Positions 25,435 to 39,211 of a stretch of DNA of 64,000 nucleotides are shown one piece after another. Below the pieces are notes generated by a model. That model made no database searches. It was given only the letters and a program-made list of their open reading frames with translations, and had not been told where the DNA came from. How positions within the stretch are numbered: the first letter of the stretch is position 1; every line of letters begins with the position of its first letter. The stretch is taken from the NCBI RefSeq assembly GCF_021869535.1, contig NW_026262593.1:40300001-40364000 (forward strand), written 5' to 3'. Both the position numbers and the translations under genes were made by a program. The DNA comes from Mytilus californianus. Its lineage: Eukaryota.

Positions 25435-25691
25435 GGGCCTTGGTGGCTAAGTGGTCTAAGTAGTTCAATTACAGTTATCACTAGCCTGTCAATGCTGAGA
25501 TTTAAAGTTTGAATCCCATTTGTTGCAAAAGTGTTCGACTTCTGCCTTAATTGACTAGGATTACCAGTGTTTCCTGCCAAAGGTCTGTGGTTCTTACCAA
25601 ATACTCCGGTGTCCTCCACCAACAAAAATTTGCCACCCTGATGTAGCTGAGAGTCTTGAAAGTGGCATTAAATGCCAACAATCAATCAATC
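25435..25691 (+). mobile_element. tRNA-derived SINE with V-domain-like core and (AATC)n tail
   Basis: Head ggccttggtggctaagtggtctaag, B-box-like gtttgaatcc, core ggttcttaccaaatactccggtgtcctccacca, tail aatcaatcaatc. Confidence 0.75.
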
Positions 25692-27548
25692 ATTGTTGGA
25701 TACCATATGGTGACCTCTAGATGTCTATTTAGGTTAATTTATGCTGTAGGATTAGTGTCAGTTGATGTGTACCCTACATTTAATGCATTGTATAATTCTA
25801 TTGATTGATATTGGTGACAAAGGAAGACAGCAAGTTAATGTAATTTTGTAGTGACATACATACCTCATTGATTTTGACTAAGGTGATTATCAGTTCAGTT
25901 CTCTTACTTACAACCATAAAACTTTGTTTGGATTTTGTTATTGGGAGTCTAAAAGATTTCTACCATAATTTTCTTTTTCTGATTTCTTTCTAATTTCTTT
26001 CGATCAGTGTTGTTTCTTTACACTAAAAATGTTTGCACAATCATGCTTTCTTTCCTCTGAAAGTAATTTTGATTCATGAAAGGAAATTTGATTACCACCT
26101 TTTTCTTCTTTTGATAGATATTTGCCACTCGCAATTTTTTTCAACATTTAATTGACATTTTGGTTTTTTTTTTAATTTACAATTTCAGACCTTGTTCTCA
26201 CCAAATTAATAGAAAAATTTGCATTTGCTTTGAATAATACTATTTGAATTTGTTGTTTTCATGAATCTCTGAAATTCATGAAAATGGTGTGTTGTACCCT
26301 TCAAATGTCAGCAGTGTTAAGGTATTCATAACCTACATTTAATGCTTCATTGATTATTTGTTCTGCTCTACATATGGGACAATATTGCATTGATTTACAT
26401 TGTTCTATTTTACTGAGTTCTATGTCTGTTGACAACATTTATTAAATTTAGGTTACAGCATGGTTGAGTCTGTCGAGAGTAGATTTGTGGAGAAAATTTC
26501 TGGAGGGGTTTTGCTTTTAACAAATATATTGCTTCCAGTTGAATAATTACATTGAGATCATGTCAAATGGCAGCTGTTTACTAGACTAAGGCTTTTCCTC
26601 ACTGCTCAGCTACTAGAAAATATCAAGGGGGAAAAAATAGCATTTCAGAATCTATTTTCTCCTTTTTGTTTTATAGCAAATATAAACATTAAACTACAAT
26701 TCATTGCTGTAAATTTGTTATTAATAATTATTTTGTTAGACCTGTATTTTATTAATTGAATAAATTACATTAAGCTTTTGATAAAATGTTATTCAATATT
26801 TTTCTCTGTCGACAAATCTGTCTCCAATGTAGCTACGAAATAGTTTCACCAAAGTGTGAAAGTGACTGTCAGACTCTGAAGTTTTGAAAGGTGGGTACAC
26901 AATATTGTTTTTTTGTTATTGACCTATTAGTGTGTCTTAATCTCAGTAAATGAGAGCATGTTGGAAAGGATTGAGACAGTGAATTTTACCTGTCTGCAGC
27001 TAGACACAACATAGATTTTTAGTATTAGGGATATTGTATGCACATATTAAAAATCTTTAGTCAGACATTAAAAATACAGTTTAGGTTAACTCCTTGACAA
27101 CTGTGTACACCGCCATAGGAGGGGTTTTTTCTACTAACAACCATACATTTTTGTGGCGATATAAAATGTTAAGTGAAAAAAAACTGAATCAGAAATTTTT
27201 GACAAAAAAAATTTACATCGTAGACATCTACACTACTTATGGCGTCCATAAGGAGACATGATTTTCATTGATATAAGATATTTATTATTTCTTAAAAAAT
27301 GACAACCAGATAATTTAATGCAGTGACACTTTTATTTACATAATTATTATATTATCAAAATATTGTTTATGATAAAGTAATGCAGATTATGAAAAACAAT
27401 ACTGTATGAAAAATTAAAAAAACCCAACATTGTATTGAGGCATATGTAGTGAAGACAGGGTTTAAGCTGTTTTTATTTCTTTTAAAGATAAAAGTGCAAT
27501 TTGTGTCTGTCAGTCTTTGTTGTCTGACTGTCATCATTTATAAAAGCA

Positions 27549-27780
27549 GGCTTTGGTGGCCCGAGTGGTCTAAGAGTAGTTCATCTACTGTATCACTAGC
27601 ATGTTAACAACTGAAGTTGTGAGTTTGAACCCTGTTTGTGGCAGGTGCGTTTGACTGCAATCTTAATAGACTAGGATTGTCAGTTTTCCTGCTGAAGGTC
27701 GTGGTTTCCTCCACCAAATAAAAAAATAATTACCACGACATAACCAATAGTGCTGAAAGTGGCATTAAACACTATCAATA
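27549..27780 (+). mobile_element. Same SINE family
   Basis: ggtggcccgagtggtctaag...tcttaatagactaggattgtcagttttcctg...gctgaaagtggcattaaac. Confidence 0.75.
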
Positions 27781-28224
27781 AAGTATTCAATCGATCTTTT
27801 TTAAAAACCTTTTCCTTTGAAACTGCATAGTCATTTTTTCATTAATATTCTTGCATGAGGTGTCTAGCTTTAAAATCAATTCCAGTATTCTTGCCAAACA
27901 ACAAAAATGGCTTCATGTTTCCAAATTAGAACAGAGGTAAAGCAGGAATTTTTTTTCTCTTTGCTTTCCTAGTTTTGTAAAATATTGCTCGTCTTTTCAA
28001 CTTTTGTTTTATTACTTCAAAACCAACTTTAACCATTATATATGTGTGCTGCTTCAATAAAACTATAAATTCAGAAATTTTGCTGTTATTAATGCAATTT
28101 TTTAACAATGAACAAAAAAGCAAGTTTAATTATTTCAATTTCAATTACTGTTTTATAAAATAGAGCTATCAAATAATTTTGGAATGGGAGTATTTGTTTT
28201 TTGTGTGTGCTATCCCGTTGCAAT

Positions 28225-28390
28225 TATTGCAATAATAAAAACATTCCAAAAATAAAAAAATTTTAAAAATAAAAAACATTGAAATAATAAAAACATTGCA
28301 AAAATAAAAACTTTGCAATAATAAAAACATTGCAAAAATAAAAACATTGCAATAATAAAAACATTGCAAAATATTAAAGATATTGCAAAA
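28225..28390. repeat. ~17-bp tandem repeats inside a TA-MITE remnant
   Basis: attgcaa(t/a)aataaaaac repeated ~8 times, ending at gaatttacagta; explains ORFs 28169 and 28210. Confidence 0.7.
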
Positions 28391-29189
28391 ATATGTGAAT
28401 TTACAGTAATCAAATGATGTGATGAGCCATTGGAGAAAATAGACCCCTAGGGAACATTTTTTTTTAGATTACTGGTACCCAGATTGAGTCAGCATAAATA
28501 CATATATAGATGCCAAGTGAGCGAGACTGCCTCTTCACAACATCACATAGTTGGAACTGCTTATATTGGCCTAAGTTTTGTTATGTTTTATGTAATTTTT
28601 AGTTTAAGAGGAAATCTTTATGTTGAATTTTAGTACAGATACCACTCCCTGAACTAATAAAAAAAATCTTCATCTCCCATTCTTATATGAGGGTGTGGAT
28701 GGGGGTTTACAGAAGAGGATACACTTGATTCCAATCCTTATCTCTACGTCAAAGTGTTTGGTTCTAGGTTACATTATTTGACATCATGCGTTTGTTGGGC
28801 ATAAAATCTACGTCAGTACGTTGAGCTAAGGGATGAATATTTTAATGGGGATAACTTCCATATGACTGCTTCGATAACTGTTTTTAAATTATAAAATTAA
28901 TATATTTCATTAGGTAGGGTTGGATTATGTACATAAGAATAAGGGTGTTTGAAAAATGTCAAGCAGTCACAATTTTATCAGTTTTGAACTTTTATCAGTT
29001 CAAAGATGCAGGGATCTAGTTAGCCCATAAAACATTTAAATGATGTGAGAAATCAGATTAGAGTAAAAGAGTATTTCTGGTAATGGAAATGATATAGATC
29101 AAATGTATTATGGGCAAAAAATATAAAGAATAGAGAAAAATGTACCAAAAAAGTAAAGAATAGAGAAAAATGGCCTACAAAATTAAAGT

Positions 29190-29690
29190 GTCTGTCATGC
29201 CTTTAGTAGGGCATTCATTTTTAGTGACACATTTAGATATTTTACGATTTCTGAAAAAGCCAGGCCTTTTGACATATATATATCAGAATACATTTTTAAA
29301 CATATTTTTATATATCTCTTTGTTTTACAGAACAAATACTGAGGAAATAATATAGTCTGTGTTTACATCTGACATGCCTTTAGCAGGACATTCATTTGTT
29401 AGCTACACATTTAAACATTTTATGATTTTTTAAAAAGCCTAACCTTTGGACATGCCATTAACAAGGGCATTCATTTGTTAGCAACATATTTAAATATTTT
29501 ACGATTTCTGAAAAAGCCTAGCCTTTTGACATGGCTTTAGCAGGGGCATTCTCATTTAATTATTTTACAATTCTTGAAATAGCGCTAGCCCAGCCTTTTG
29601 ACAAGCCTTTAGCAGGGGCATCATTTGTTAGCAACACCTTTTAAAATATTTTATGATTTCTGAAAGAGCAGAGCCTTTTGACGTATATTA
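29190..29690. repeat. Degenerate ~75-90-bp tandem repeat, ~5 copies
   Basis: tgcctttagcagg(g)cattcatttgttag...attttacgatttctgaaaaagcc...ccttttgaca recurs. Confidence 0.7.
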
Positions 29691-30379
29691 AAATACATTT
29701 TAATAAATCTGGTTCGTATTTGGTAGGATGGGTTAATCATGATGTGCTGGTAATCATACTAATGTGATCATTCTGATTCAATGATTAATGCAGACGTTAC
29801 AACTCCTTAACATTTTTTCATGTCTGTGTAATAATATATGCACATTTGACAACATCTTTACATATTTAATATTATATTTAGTTATAAATTGTACAAGATC
29901 ATACATGTTTTGTGCAACAATATTAATTTACTGTTTTTTCTTGACCTCATTTTTATGGTTCAGCTACAATATGTTTTTGTAAATAATCACATTTAAAAAC
30001 ATAAATTGGTGCATCAGAAAACTTTTCTGTATTTAGTTTCATGAAAATTTCAAAACTCCTTAAAGATTAAAGCCAGCGATGTATAGAAACTTAAGGCACT
30101 ATATGACCAAAAAGGGACTTAAAAAGAAAAGTCAAATGATCTGAAGTCCACTTTGCCTGCTGTAATAGGTACCATAAGGTAATTTCTCAGAAAGTTGATA
30201 CCAAGTTCAACAGAATTTGGTGGTAAGATGCTAAACTGGAGGCACATATTAGTCTAATACATTACACTAAACTGTCTTCATGTTTGACCCCCACCCACTA
30301 ACAATATTTGTAGTTAGTTTTGTTCATTAAATCAGTTCCTCCGTTATTACAAGGTCAGATATATACATCCATCATTCAA

Positions 30380-30589
30380 GAGGATGTGGATAGGGGTTTA
30401 CAGAATAGAGAATAATGGGCAAAAAATATAAAAGAATAGAAAAAAATGGACACAAAAAATAAAGAATAGAGATTAATGAGGTGCTAAAATATAAAGAATA
30501 GAGAATATTGGGCAAAAAGTATAAAGAATAGAGAAAAATGGCCTAAAAAATAAAGAATACAGAGCTGAAAGACCCCCATCCAGACCCGC
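30380..30589. mobile_element. MITE family D
   Basis: gaggatgtggatagggg ... cccccatccagacccgc with internal agaataga repeats. Confidence 0.7.
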
Positions 30590-30656
30590 ATTCAAAGTTC
30601 TTGATTATCTTCATGTTTTTGGTTAGGTCAGCTTTATTTACTTTGAGTAATAAGTC

Positions 30657-30810
30657 GACTTGACTTTATTTGGTCTAATGATTTCCTCGTTAGACGACTT
30701 GACTTTATTTGGTCTAATGATTTCCTGGTTAGAACACTTGACTTTATTTGGTCTAATGATTTCCTCGTTAGACGACTTGACTTCATTTGGTCTAATGATT
30801 TCCTCTTTAG
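30657..30810. repeat. 39-bp minisatellite, 4 copies
   Basis: Unit cttgactttatttggtctaatgatttcctcgttagacga; explains ORF 30638-30823. Confidence 0.92.
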
Positions 30811-31225
30811 ATATCATTTTCATGGGTTAGTGATTAAAGCTAAGTTTTCAAGGTCAGGTCTGTACTCTCTGTTTCTCAGAGACTTTAAATAAAAGGTGAA
30901 CTATTTTTTCATATTCAGACCTTTTAAAGCTTGCTATACAGAATGGGGTTTGCTCTTCTTAACCAGTAATAATCCACATTTTATGAGTCCGATGAAGATT
31001 GTCTCATTGGCAATCATACCACATCCCCTTATTTTCATATATTAGATCAATCAGATGTTTTTAAGGTATTGATTGTTGGTTGCTTAATGTCCAGTGGCAA
31101 ATATTTCATGCATGTTGTAAGGTGTATAAGCCTAACTTTAAATATTTCTGAAGTAAGAATCGTTTTTAAAGGGTAAAATACTATCGTTTCTGCTTAAATA
31201 GAAACACCGAGTCTCTTAATCAGTC

Positions 31226-31433
31226 ACTGTAAATTCAGAAATTATTGCGAGGTTTTTATTAATGCGAATAATGCGATTGGGTGAGTATCGCAATAAAAAG
31301 ATATCGCATTCTGATATCTGGTACATACATCTGTATGCAGATTTTCCTAAAATCGCAATAATTTATCTCACATTTTTCCCCATTCTTCAAAAATCGCAAT
31401 AATAAATGCACGCAATAATTTCTGAATTTACAG
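31226..31433. mobile_element. TA-flanked MITE (same family as 16814)
   Basis: actgtaaattcagaaattattgcg ... cgcaataatttctgaatttacag. Confidence 0.8.
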
Positions 31434-34055
31434 AAAAAAGGGTAGTAATTTGTACATGTGTATACTTGTTCTGAATTGGTCATTTTATATACATATATCA
31501 CACAAAAGAATTAAACATTTTTTTTGTACCTTCATTGTACGTAAATATAACAAAGACAACATTTGCGTTTAATTATTGATCAAATTTTTTTTTTTTTTTT
31601 TTTTTATTTCGTATACATGATACTGTTATAAAAATAATATAGCTTTTGTGACAAGTTTCTGTTTAATTTAAGGTTGAATTTTTTTCGATCAGTAAAATAT
31701 TTTCTTTTGAGTTTAAATACCCATCTAGGAAATAAATTAGATTCTTAAAAGAAAAATCTTGTTTGTTCATAATTTATAAGCCAAATCAGACATAAAAAAA
31801 TCTGTGATATTGAAAAATTTGTATTTAACTTTAAGGTATTATTTAAATTTATGAAGGTACGTTCAAATCTGACTCATTGCTATTTACCTATACTGAATAA
31901 AATATGCACAAAAAAATTATAAAGGTTATATTATTTTCTGTATATTAAACTTTTTATGTGCAAGTTATAAACAATTTTAATGGATTTTTGGAAACTTGCA
32001 TCAGTAAACAATGTCTGCACAATGAATTAGCATATAAATGCAGAAAAAAAATCATTATTGATGCAATTTTTCTGAACTAATGAAAAAGACTGAAAGAAAC
32101 ATTTTCAAATTGACATCAAGAATAAATTGGTTATTCAAAATCAATAGAACTTTTGACTGCCTTCTGCGCAATTTTTCTTCAATTAAGATGCATTATCCTT
32201 TGTGTGGCCTCTGCCTATTTACAATTTTTCAATGTCTGCAGAAGATTTTTTATTCTCAATTTCATTGTATATATGCATTCTTGTTGCACATCAAATAAAG
32301 AGGTACAAGAAGGGGGATAATCAATATTTAAAAAGATTGGTTTATGTTTTGTTTAAGTGCTGGGAGGGGGGCAGGTGTTAAATTAACTAGGTTATTGTGC
32401 AGAGGTTCAATCCTTTGTTTACTTTGTGTTAAAAAAGTGCAGTGAAAATTTCGAATGTTTTTTTTTAATTTTGTTACAGATTAAATTTACATAAAAACTT
32501 GTAAGTACATATATGTTTCAAGTCCTAGGTTTTGTCAAATGATTTTAAAATGACATTCAGTTTAAATGAATAATGTTGAAAAAATTGTTTGAAAAAGGTT
32601 AAAATGTAAAAAATTGTCAAGTTGTTATGTAAAATGTAATAAGTCAATTTGACAACACATTAATTTAAAGTTTACACCCAAGCAAATAAGGAATATATCA
32701 TCACCTTTTTTCAGTGGAATTCCTTTTGAAGAACTATTTTTGTAAACTTAATTAAAGGAGGACTATTTTTATACCTTTAATACATATATAAGTTAAGTAT
32801 TAAAAATCATGTAAAGTGAAGAAAAAGGAAAGAAAAAAAAAATCAAAGAGAAAAGTACCTTCTAGTCAGACATGGTACATAAAAAACTTTTGAAAATATG
32901 ATTAAACATTTCAAAGCACCATTGGGACGTTAAATTCAAAAGCCTCTTGTAGAGAGAATGCCACACTCTTTGCACATTTGGAACCCTCGCACAAGTCTTT
33001 GAGGGGTCTGTAGGTGGCCAGGTGTTGCAAGGCAGAATTTATATTCCTCTCCAATATACCCTCACTTTCCAGTGTTCTCGCCCTTCATACGGGTCGATTC
33101 CTTTTACACAACCTACCTATTGTATTTATTTTTCATTTTGTTCTCATTCTGAACATCCATGAAATATTGCTACTGAATGTTCATTGATCAGATTGATTTG
33201 CTGAATCATAATGTCCAGTTGCAAATATTTCATGCTTATGAGAACAAATACACTATATATCAGATGATCGAATTTAGATGTAAAAAAGTGGCAGGTCACT
33301 GGAAAACAAGTATTAATTAGATTGAGGAAGAAACTTTGACATACAACAGATCGCTTACTGGACCTTCTGAAGAGAAGCTACTTTGGCTCTTTCACAATCA
33401 GGGCAGTCTCCCAATTGATGTTAAGCATATAATTTAGAAATTTCTGCTAAAGGAGAGCTGCTAAAGGAAAAAAAATTGAATATTTTCAGGAAAATCATTT
33501 GTATAAAAAAAGATCAAGTTTAGATTGTAAACTTAAGTGGTCTGCATAACAATTTTGATAAACAAACTGGCCATATTAAATATTATGAATAAGTACACAT
33601 AAGAGAATCTCAGAAAAGTATATACCATTTTGCCAGTGCTTGTGCATGTTACTATCTAGTTATATTTACAAAGGATAACTCTGGTATATTAAGACTGTAC
33701 ACTAGTAGCATGCAAATACTTATAGCAAGAGAATAAAGTTACAGAAAAAAAATTTGAATTGTGCATAGATATTTTACCTTCTCCCATTTTATATTTAGGA
33801 AGGTTTCTGCTGAAATTCTAAATAACAACATTTTCAATAATATGGTCTTTTTCTTTCAAAATTATAAAAGGATGTGTGCTTGTTTTTGAGATGCAAGCCA
33901 GTTGAAAAACCAGAATTTTGGTTGGAAAGGATTTCTCCACTGTAATGTATAACAATATTTTTTTTATTTAACCTATGGGATAATAAGGTGTTTTTAATAT
34001 TGGGATAAAATATATTTTCATTTGCTTATTTTTGGGATGTGCAATATTTCTGTAC

Positions 34056-34320
34056 TTTTGTCTCGGCTTAGTGGAGTCTAAAAGCGAGACATATGTATGC
34101 TATTTCCGGTTGGGGCATTGGTGGCGGTGTCATCAACAATGTATTAGTTTGTGATTAGGTCAGTTTATTGGGAACCAGTATTGGGAGGTCAATGATATCT
34201 GGTATTAATTTTGAAACTTTTGCTTAGTTTACATGTTAAAGTATTGCTATTTTAATTTCAACAATTGCATTTTACTATCAAAATAACAAAAGGTGAGACA
34301 TATCTCTGTGTTAACAGTTT
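34056..34320 (+). mobile_element. HINE-like element, short form (same family as 63238)
   Basis: 5' tttgtctcg...gcgagaca palindrome and 3' ggtgagacatatctctgtgttaacagttt. Confidence 0.6.
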
Positions 34321-34335
34321 ATGAATGTTTCAACA

Positions 34336-34620
34336 AGTAAAATCACAAAAATACTGAACTCAGAGGAAAATACAAAAAGGAAAGTCCCTAATCAAATAGC
34401 AAAATCAAAAGCTCAAACACATCAAACGAATGGATAACAACTGTCATATTCCTGACTTGGTACAGGCATTTTCTTATGTAGAAAATGGTGGATTAAACCG
34501 GGTTTTAAAGCTAGCTAAACCTCTCACTTGTATGACAGTCACATCAAATTCCATTATATTGACAACGATGTGTGAACAAAACAAACACAATAGGTAAAAA
34601 TGTCACAAATAGGGGTACAA
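34336..34620 (+). mobile_element. Repeat family A, copy 2
   Basis: Aligns by eye to 622-948. Confidence 0.8.
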
Positions 34621-36097
34621 GAGCAACACGAACCCCACCAAAAACTGGGGGTGATCTCAGGTGCTCCAGAAGGGTAAGCAGATCCTGCTCCAAGTTATTT
34701 TAGGGATATGAAAATTTTTGATTTATATGGTTTGGTAGGTGAAAGTTTCAGGGATGCAATGTGTAAATTATTGTATATGAGGGCTGCCCCCCTCCTCCCA
34801 AATAATTTTTTTAAAATGGACACTACATTTCAGGAAATGGGAAGTGCATGAGTTAATAATTAGAACACAGTTATTTTGTCCTCAGGGAAACTTGACTCTC
34901 TGAAAGCTATGTCACATCCTTAAGCCATGAACATACAATTCATCAATCATGATATATGGATGATAAAAATAAATTTTTCTTTAACCCAAATGGCAGCCAT
35001 GCATACATATGCAGTGATCAACGAGCAAACCAAAACAAAAAAGAAAATCTGAATCTCCTTCAACTTTGATAAAAAATTTACATCAATTATTATTAAATGT
35101 AAGATCATCTTCATGAACATGAAAATGCACCAAAGCAAGATGGTCATGTACAGAGTTTGAATGAATTATGATGCCTTACTTTCTATGAATACACAGAGAC
35201 TAATGATATATATTTCAATGAGACAGCAACCCAACAACCAAATAAAAGCAAACATGACATCAACATCAATTATAATTCTATATAATTATAATTTTATATT
35301 TTACTTTTGATACCTACAGTCAAACGAGTGGTAATATTGGGTCATCCTACCAATTGAAAAATCAAGGATGATTACTATGTAACTTGACCTTTACCATGTT
35401 AATTGACCTTTACCTTGTTACTTGACCTTTACCATGTTCTTACCCACATATTTTTATCATCTTACAATTTAAGTAAATTTATAAGTTAATGACTTTATTT
35501 TAAAGCAAATTTAGAAAATTTTTGAAAGGGAGCAATCTGTGGTTCCTCATTGAAAAGAAACAAAATAAAAGTGGTTTTTATATAGAAAATAGGAAGGCTA
35601 TGAACAGATGTCTGACATTTGAATTGAAACACTATTCTATTTTACTCATATGAAAAAATATATTGAAAAGCTTGAAACTTTGAATTCAAGACATGCAACC
35701 CAGACAATAATTTTGTTCCAGAGTATAGAATTGATATATATGTATATATGTGAGATACAGCAACAAAGTTCAGAGTTCAAGGTCAATTGTCAATATTGTA
35801 GGTCATAGGTCAAGTGGATTCCAAAAATTAATGGGTGTAACTCAATTTTACCTCAACTAGTGCCAACGGTCAGTGTAAGCTATTCTTATACTCTGTTTGC
35901 ATTGTTTGTTAACTTTTCCAACAGTGGGCCACTAGAGACAGTTCTTGGTTTAGGTTAGTCAGTTTTCATATTTTTCTTCTCATAGTACTAGATCAAATCT
36001 ATTTAAACTTCATAGACATAGTGATTGAGAGTTAACCATTCCTCCTCAAAATTCATTCTAATCAGTTGACATTCATGGTGGCATGTCTTATTTGTCT

Positions 36098-36316
36098 GTG
36101 GCCTCGGTGGCAGAGTTGTATATACTGTATCACTAGTCTGTCAACACTGTGGTTGTGAGTTTGAACCCTGCACTTGGTAGGTGCATTCAACTTGAATCTT
36201 AATTGACTAAGATTGCCAGTTTTCCTGCCAAAGGTCATGACCCTATCCAGGCACTCCGTCTTCCTCCTACCCCCCAAAAAAAATGGATTTAAACACCAAC
36301 AATCAATCAGTCAATC
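36098..36316 (+). mobile_element. V-domain-like SINE
   Basis: gtggcctcggtggc...cttaattgactaagattgccagttttcctg...aatcaatcagtcaatc. Confidence 0.7.
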
Positions 36317-38321
36317 TTATATGTCCCCTTGAACTCTATTGAAAACCTTATTTTCTGTGATTTCTCTGAAATGGGATATGAACTTCATCATATCTGACTG
36401 ATGTTTAAAATACAATTTGAATCTACAGGCTTCAGTAATTGAAATCAGAAAAGGAGAAATAGACAATTAGAAATCCTTGTTCTTACTTGTTCATCTTGAG
36501 GTTTTTAAATTTTTAAAAGAACCATACCCCAATTTTGGAGAATTTTAGTCAATGAGATTAGTGTTTTTTTTCATATTACATTTTTTATGCCAAATTATTT
36601 TAAAGCTCAAACTTCCATCCATCATACGATTTTAACCTGCAATTTAATGAATTAATGTTTTTAAGGCATATTAGTCTTTTAACTTTCCTAATTAATCAAA
36701 TTAAATTTTCTTATGAGATTTCTATTTTTAGATCGGTGAGTGGATTAGCTAATCCTGCAGGGTTCCCCTTTGCCTTTGTGCATTGAATTGATCACTTGGT
36801 TATCATGGATAAAAAATGTATGAAATATTTTTCATGTGTGTAATTTAAGTAGTATTACATAAGATATTGATTTTAGGGATGGAAAGATTACATTTTTTGT
36901 CCTCCTTCGTTTCCATGACAACACTACAACTCTACCAAAAATAATATGCACTTTTTTCACCATCACTATTGTTGCAAGTATGCATTTCAATTAAGTTAAA
37001 AACCTTTTATTATGCATGTGTAGATGTTAAATCGTTTGGCAAACGGCCAGAAACTGTAAAAAAAAAAATCTGTAATTTATTCCAAGGCAGTTACAACAAA
37101 ATGTCATTCTAGTTCACTTAAAAAAATATAAAATGATAATGCCTAGAGGCTTTAAGGTATTGAGGACATGTTTTCATAACCACGCTTTCACCTTTTTTTC
37201 TGATATTTGTTTGGTTAACACCCATTTACCCATTAAAATATTGTTTGTGCAAGATAATAGAATTGGGGACGAAAAAAGGTCAGATATTTTTATATTTTTA
37301 TACAAAAATCAATTATCCAAATTTCAGAGACCTTTAATTATTATATATAAATCTATGTTGTCGTTTATTAGCTATGTATTTGTTTAAGTTAAAATGATTT
37401 TAATTAAATTTTCGTTACTAACAAATGTACAAGCATTAAACCAGATATGAGTTATGTAATGTGGGTTTTTTTTATTCTAGTGATTCATCAAGATTTAATT
37501 GAAAAAAAGTTTGCCCTTTATTGAACCCCAATTTTTTTCCAAGCTTCTAAATAAAACTATGTTATTGCTTTTACTTGTTCAGAATAAAAAAAATGTGATT
37601 TTTATATCTGCAGTAGTTATAGATCTGTTTTGTGGCCCTTAGGAAGACATTGGTTTTTTCGGAAAAATATATTACATAATCGGATCGTCATTAAATTCAA
37701 GTCAGTTGCATTTACTCTTTTCACATTTTATTACACACCATAGAAAAATTGTAGAGGAAATTAAATGGATTTTTTTTTCATTGCAACATTAAAAGCAAGT
37801 TGCATTATTCATTTAAGCCAAAACTTTTTTAGTCTAGTTTTTAGTTGGCAATAAGTCAGCAGGCAAAATTACTTTCAGCGGTATTTTTTATTTAATGTGA
37901 AACTTTTTATTGTTGAGGATGGACAAAAAAAGTGGAATTAAAAGTTTTATTCAAAGGAAACGTTTGTTGTGTTGCAAGAATGGATGAATTCGGGATTAAA
38001 TGTTTAACAGGTTAATTTTAGATGACGATAAAAATTCTTTTATGATAGATTATTGAATAAATTGGACAGTCAAGACAGGTAAAGTTAATGTTTTTATACT
38101 GTGGATATTTTTCTCAAAACAGTTTATTGCAACAGTGAACAAGATGTTGAAGGACTGAACAGTTGCGTAGTATTACAAGTACTGTAGAGAATTCAGGAAA
38201 AAGTTATAGTTTAAAAAGAAAAAAAAACATTGGTCAAAATGAATGGTCATTTTGATTTTGATCCTTCGTACAATAACTTTAAAATGTTTATGACTTATTG
38301 GTTTATGTCTTCTCGTCACAG

Positions 38322-39211
38322 GCCAGGATTGAATGGATTAGCAGACGGTCAGTTGCTGCCGGACAGGATGGGAATCGGAGAAGGTATGGAAGAGGAACTA
38401 CAGAGGAGAATGAGGGGGAGAAGTAATAACTTTGAAGAAGAATTACGAAGTCGTTTTGGACTTAATAATATTGAAGAAGAGTTACGAAGTAGAATGGGAT
38501 TAAGTAACAGGATTGGACAAGAACATAATGGTAAAATCGGAGGTAATAGTACTGTCGAAGGGGACCTTCATAATCGACTCAGTTTTAATCGTGGTATGGA
38601 GGATGAATTGCGTAGCAGGATGGAAGCAAGTCATAGTATAGAAGAAGAACTACGTAAGAAAATTGGATTCAGCAGCAGTATTGAAGAAGAATTACGAAGC
38701 CGGTTGTTATATAAAAATAGTGGACAGAATTCGCAGGGTGATATGTCTTTTTACAATGCAGTTGACGAAATGTGTCGTCAACAAAATCATCCTCAAAACC
38801 AATCATTCCAGTCAAAAAATAGAGATTCGGACATTGGAGAGGAAACAGAACCAAACAGCGACCATCTTGATGAGGTAATCGAAGCAGTAGCAAGAAATGA
38901 TTTCGACTATGATCCCGAAGATAGTTTTATAAAACCAGAACATAAAAGAAGTTGTAACCAGTTCGAAGATAACTTTCCTATCAAACAGGAACCTATAGAC
39001 TATGATTTAATGGCAGCAAACTTGACAGCAGGTCTCATGAATCCTGACCGCCGTCACATGTGTCCACACTGCTGTAAAGGTTTTCGGAGTAGACAACAGT
39101 TATTACAGCATAGCCTAGTCCATACAAATCTTAGAAAATATCATTGTAATTATTGTGAACGATCGTTCAAACAGCTCTCTCATCTTCATCAGCATCATAG
39201 AATTCATACAG
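38322..39211 (+). CDS. Zinc-finger gene, large coding exon: EEELRSR repeats, acidic linker, C2H2 fingers 1-2
   Basis: Long ORF; acceptor tcttctcgtcacag|G; fingers CPHCCKGFRSRQQLLQHSLVH and CNYCERSFKQLSHLHQHHRIH; donor ACAG|GTAATT splits the TGEKP linker in phase 1. Confidence 0.93.

Noticed and set aside
32930-33120. GC-richer stretch resembling a cassette exon
   Set aside because: Weak donor and non-triplet length; it appears to be a minus-strand fragment of a common dispersed repeat.
36732-36735. 4-nt microexon (tttttag|ATCG|gtgagt)
   Set aside because: It would shift the frame between phase-compatible exons, and such motifs occur by chance.
38230-38321. ORF-track N-terminus MVKMNGHF... 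of the big exon
   Set aside because: It lies upstream of a clear acceptor at 38321 and begins at TTG; treated as intron. The same applies to 55485-55523.
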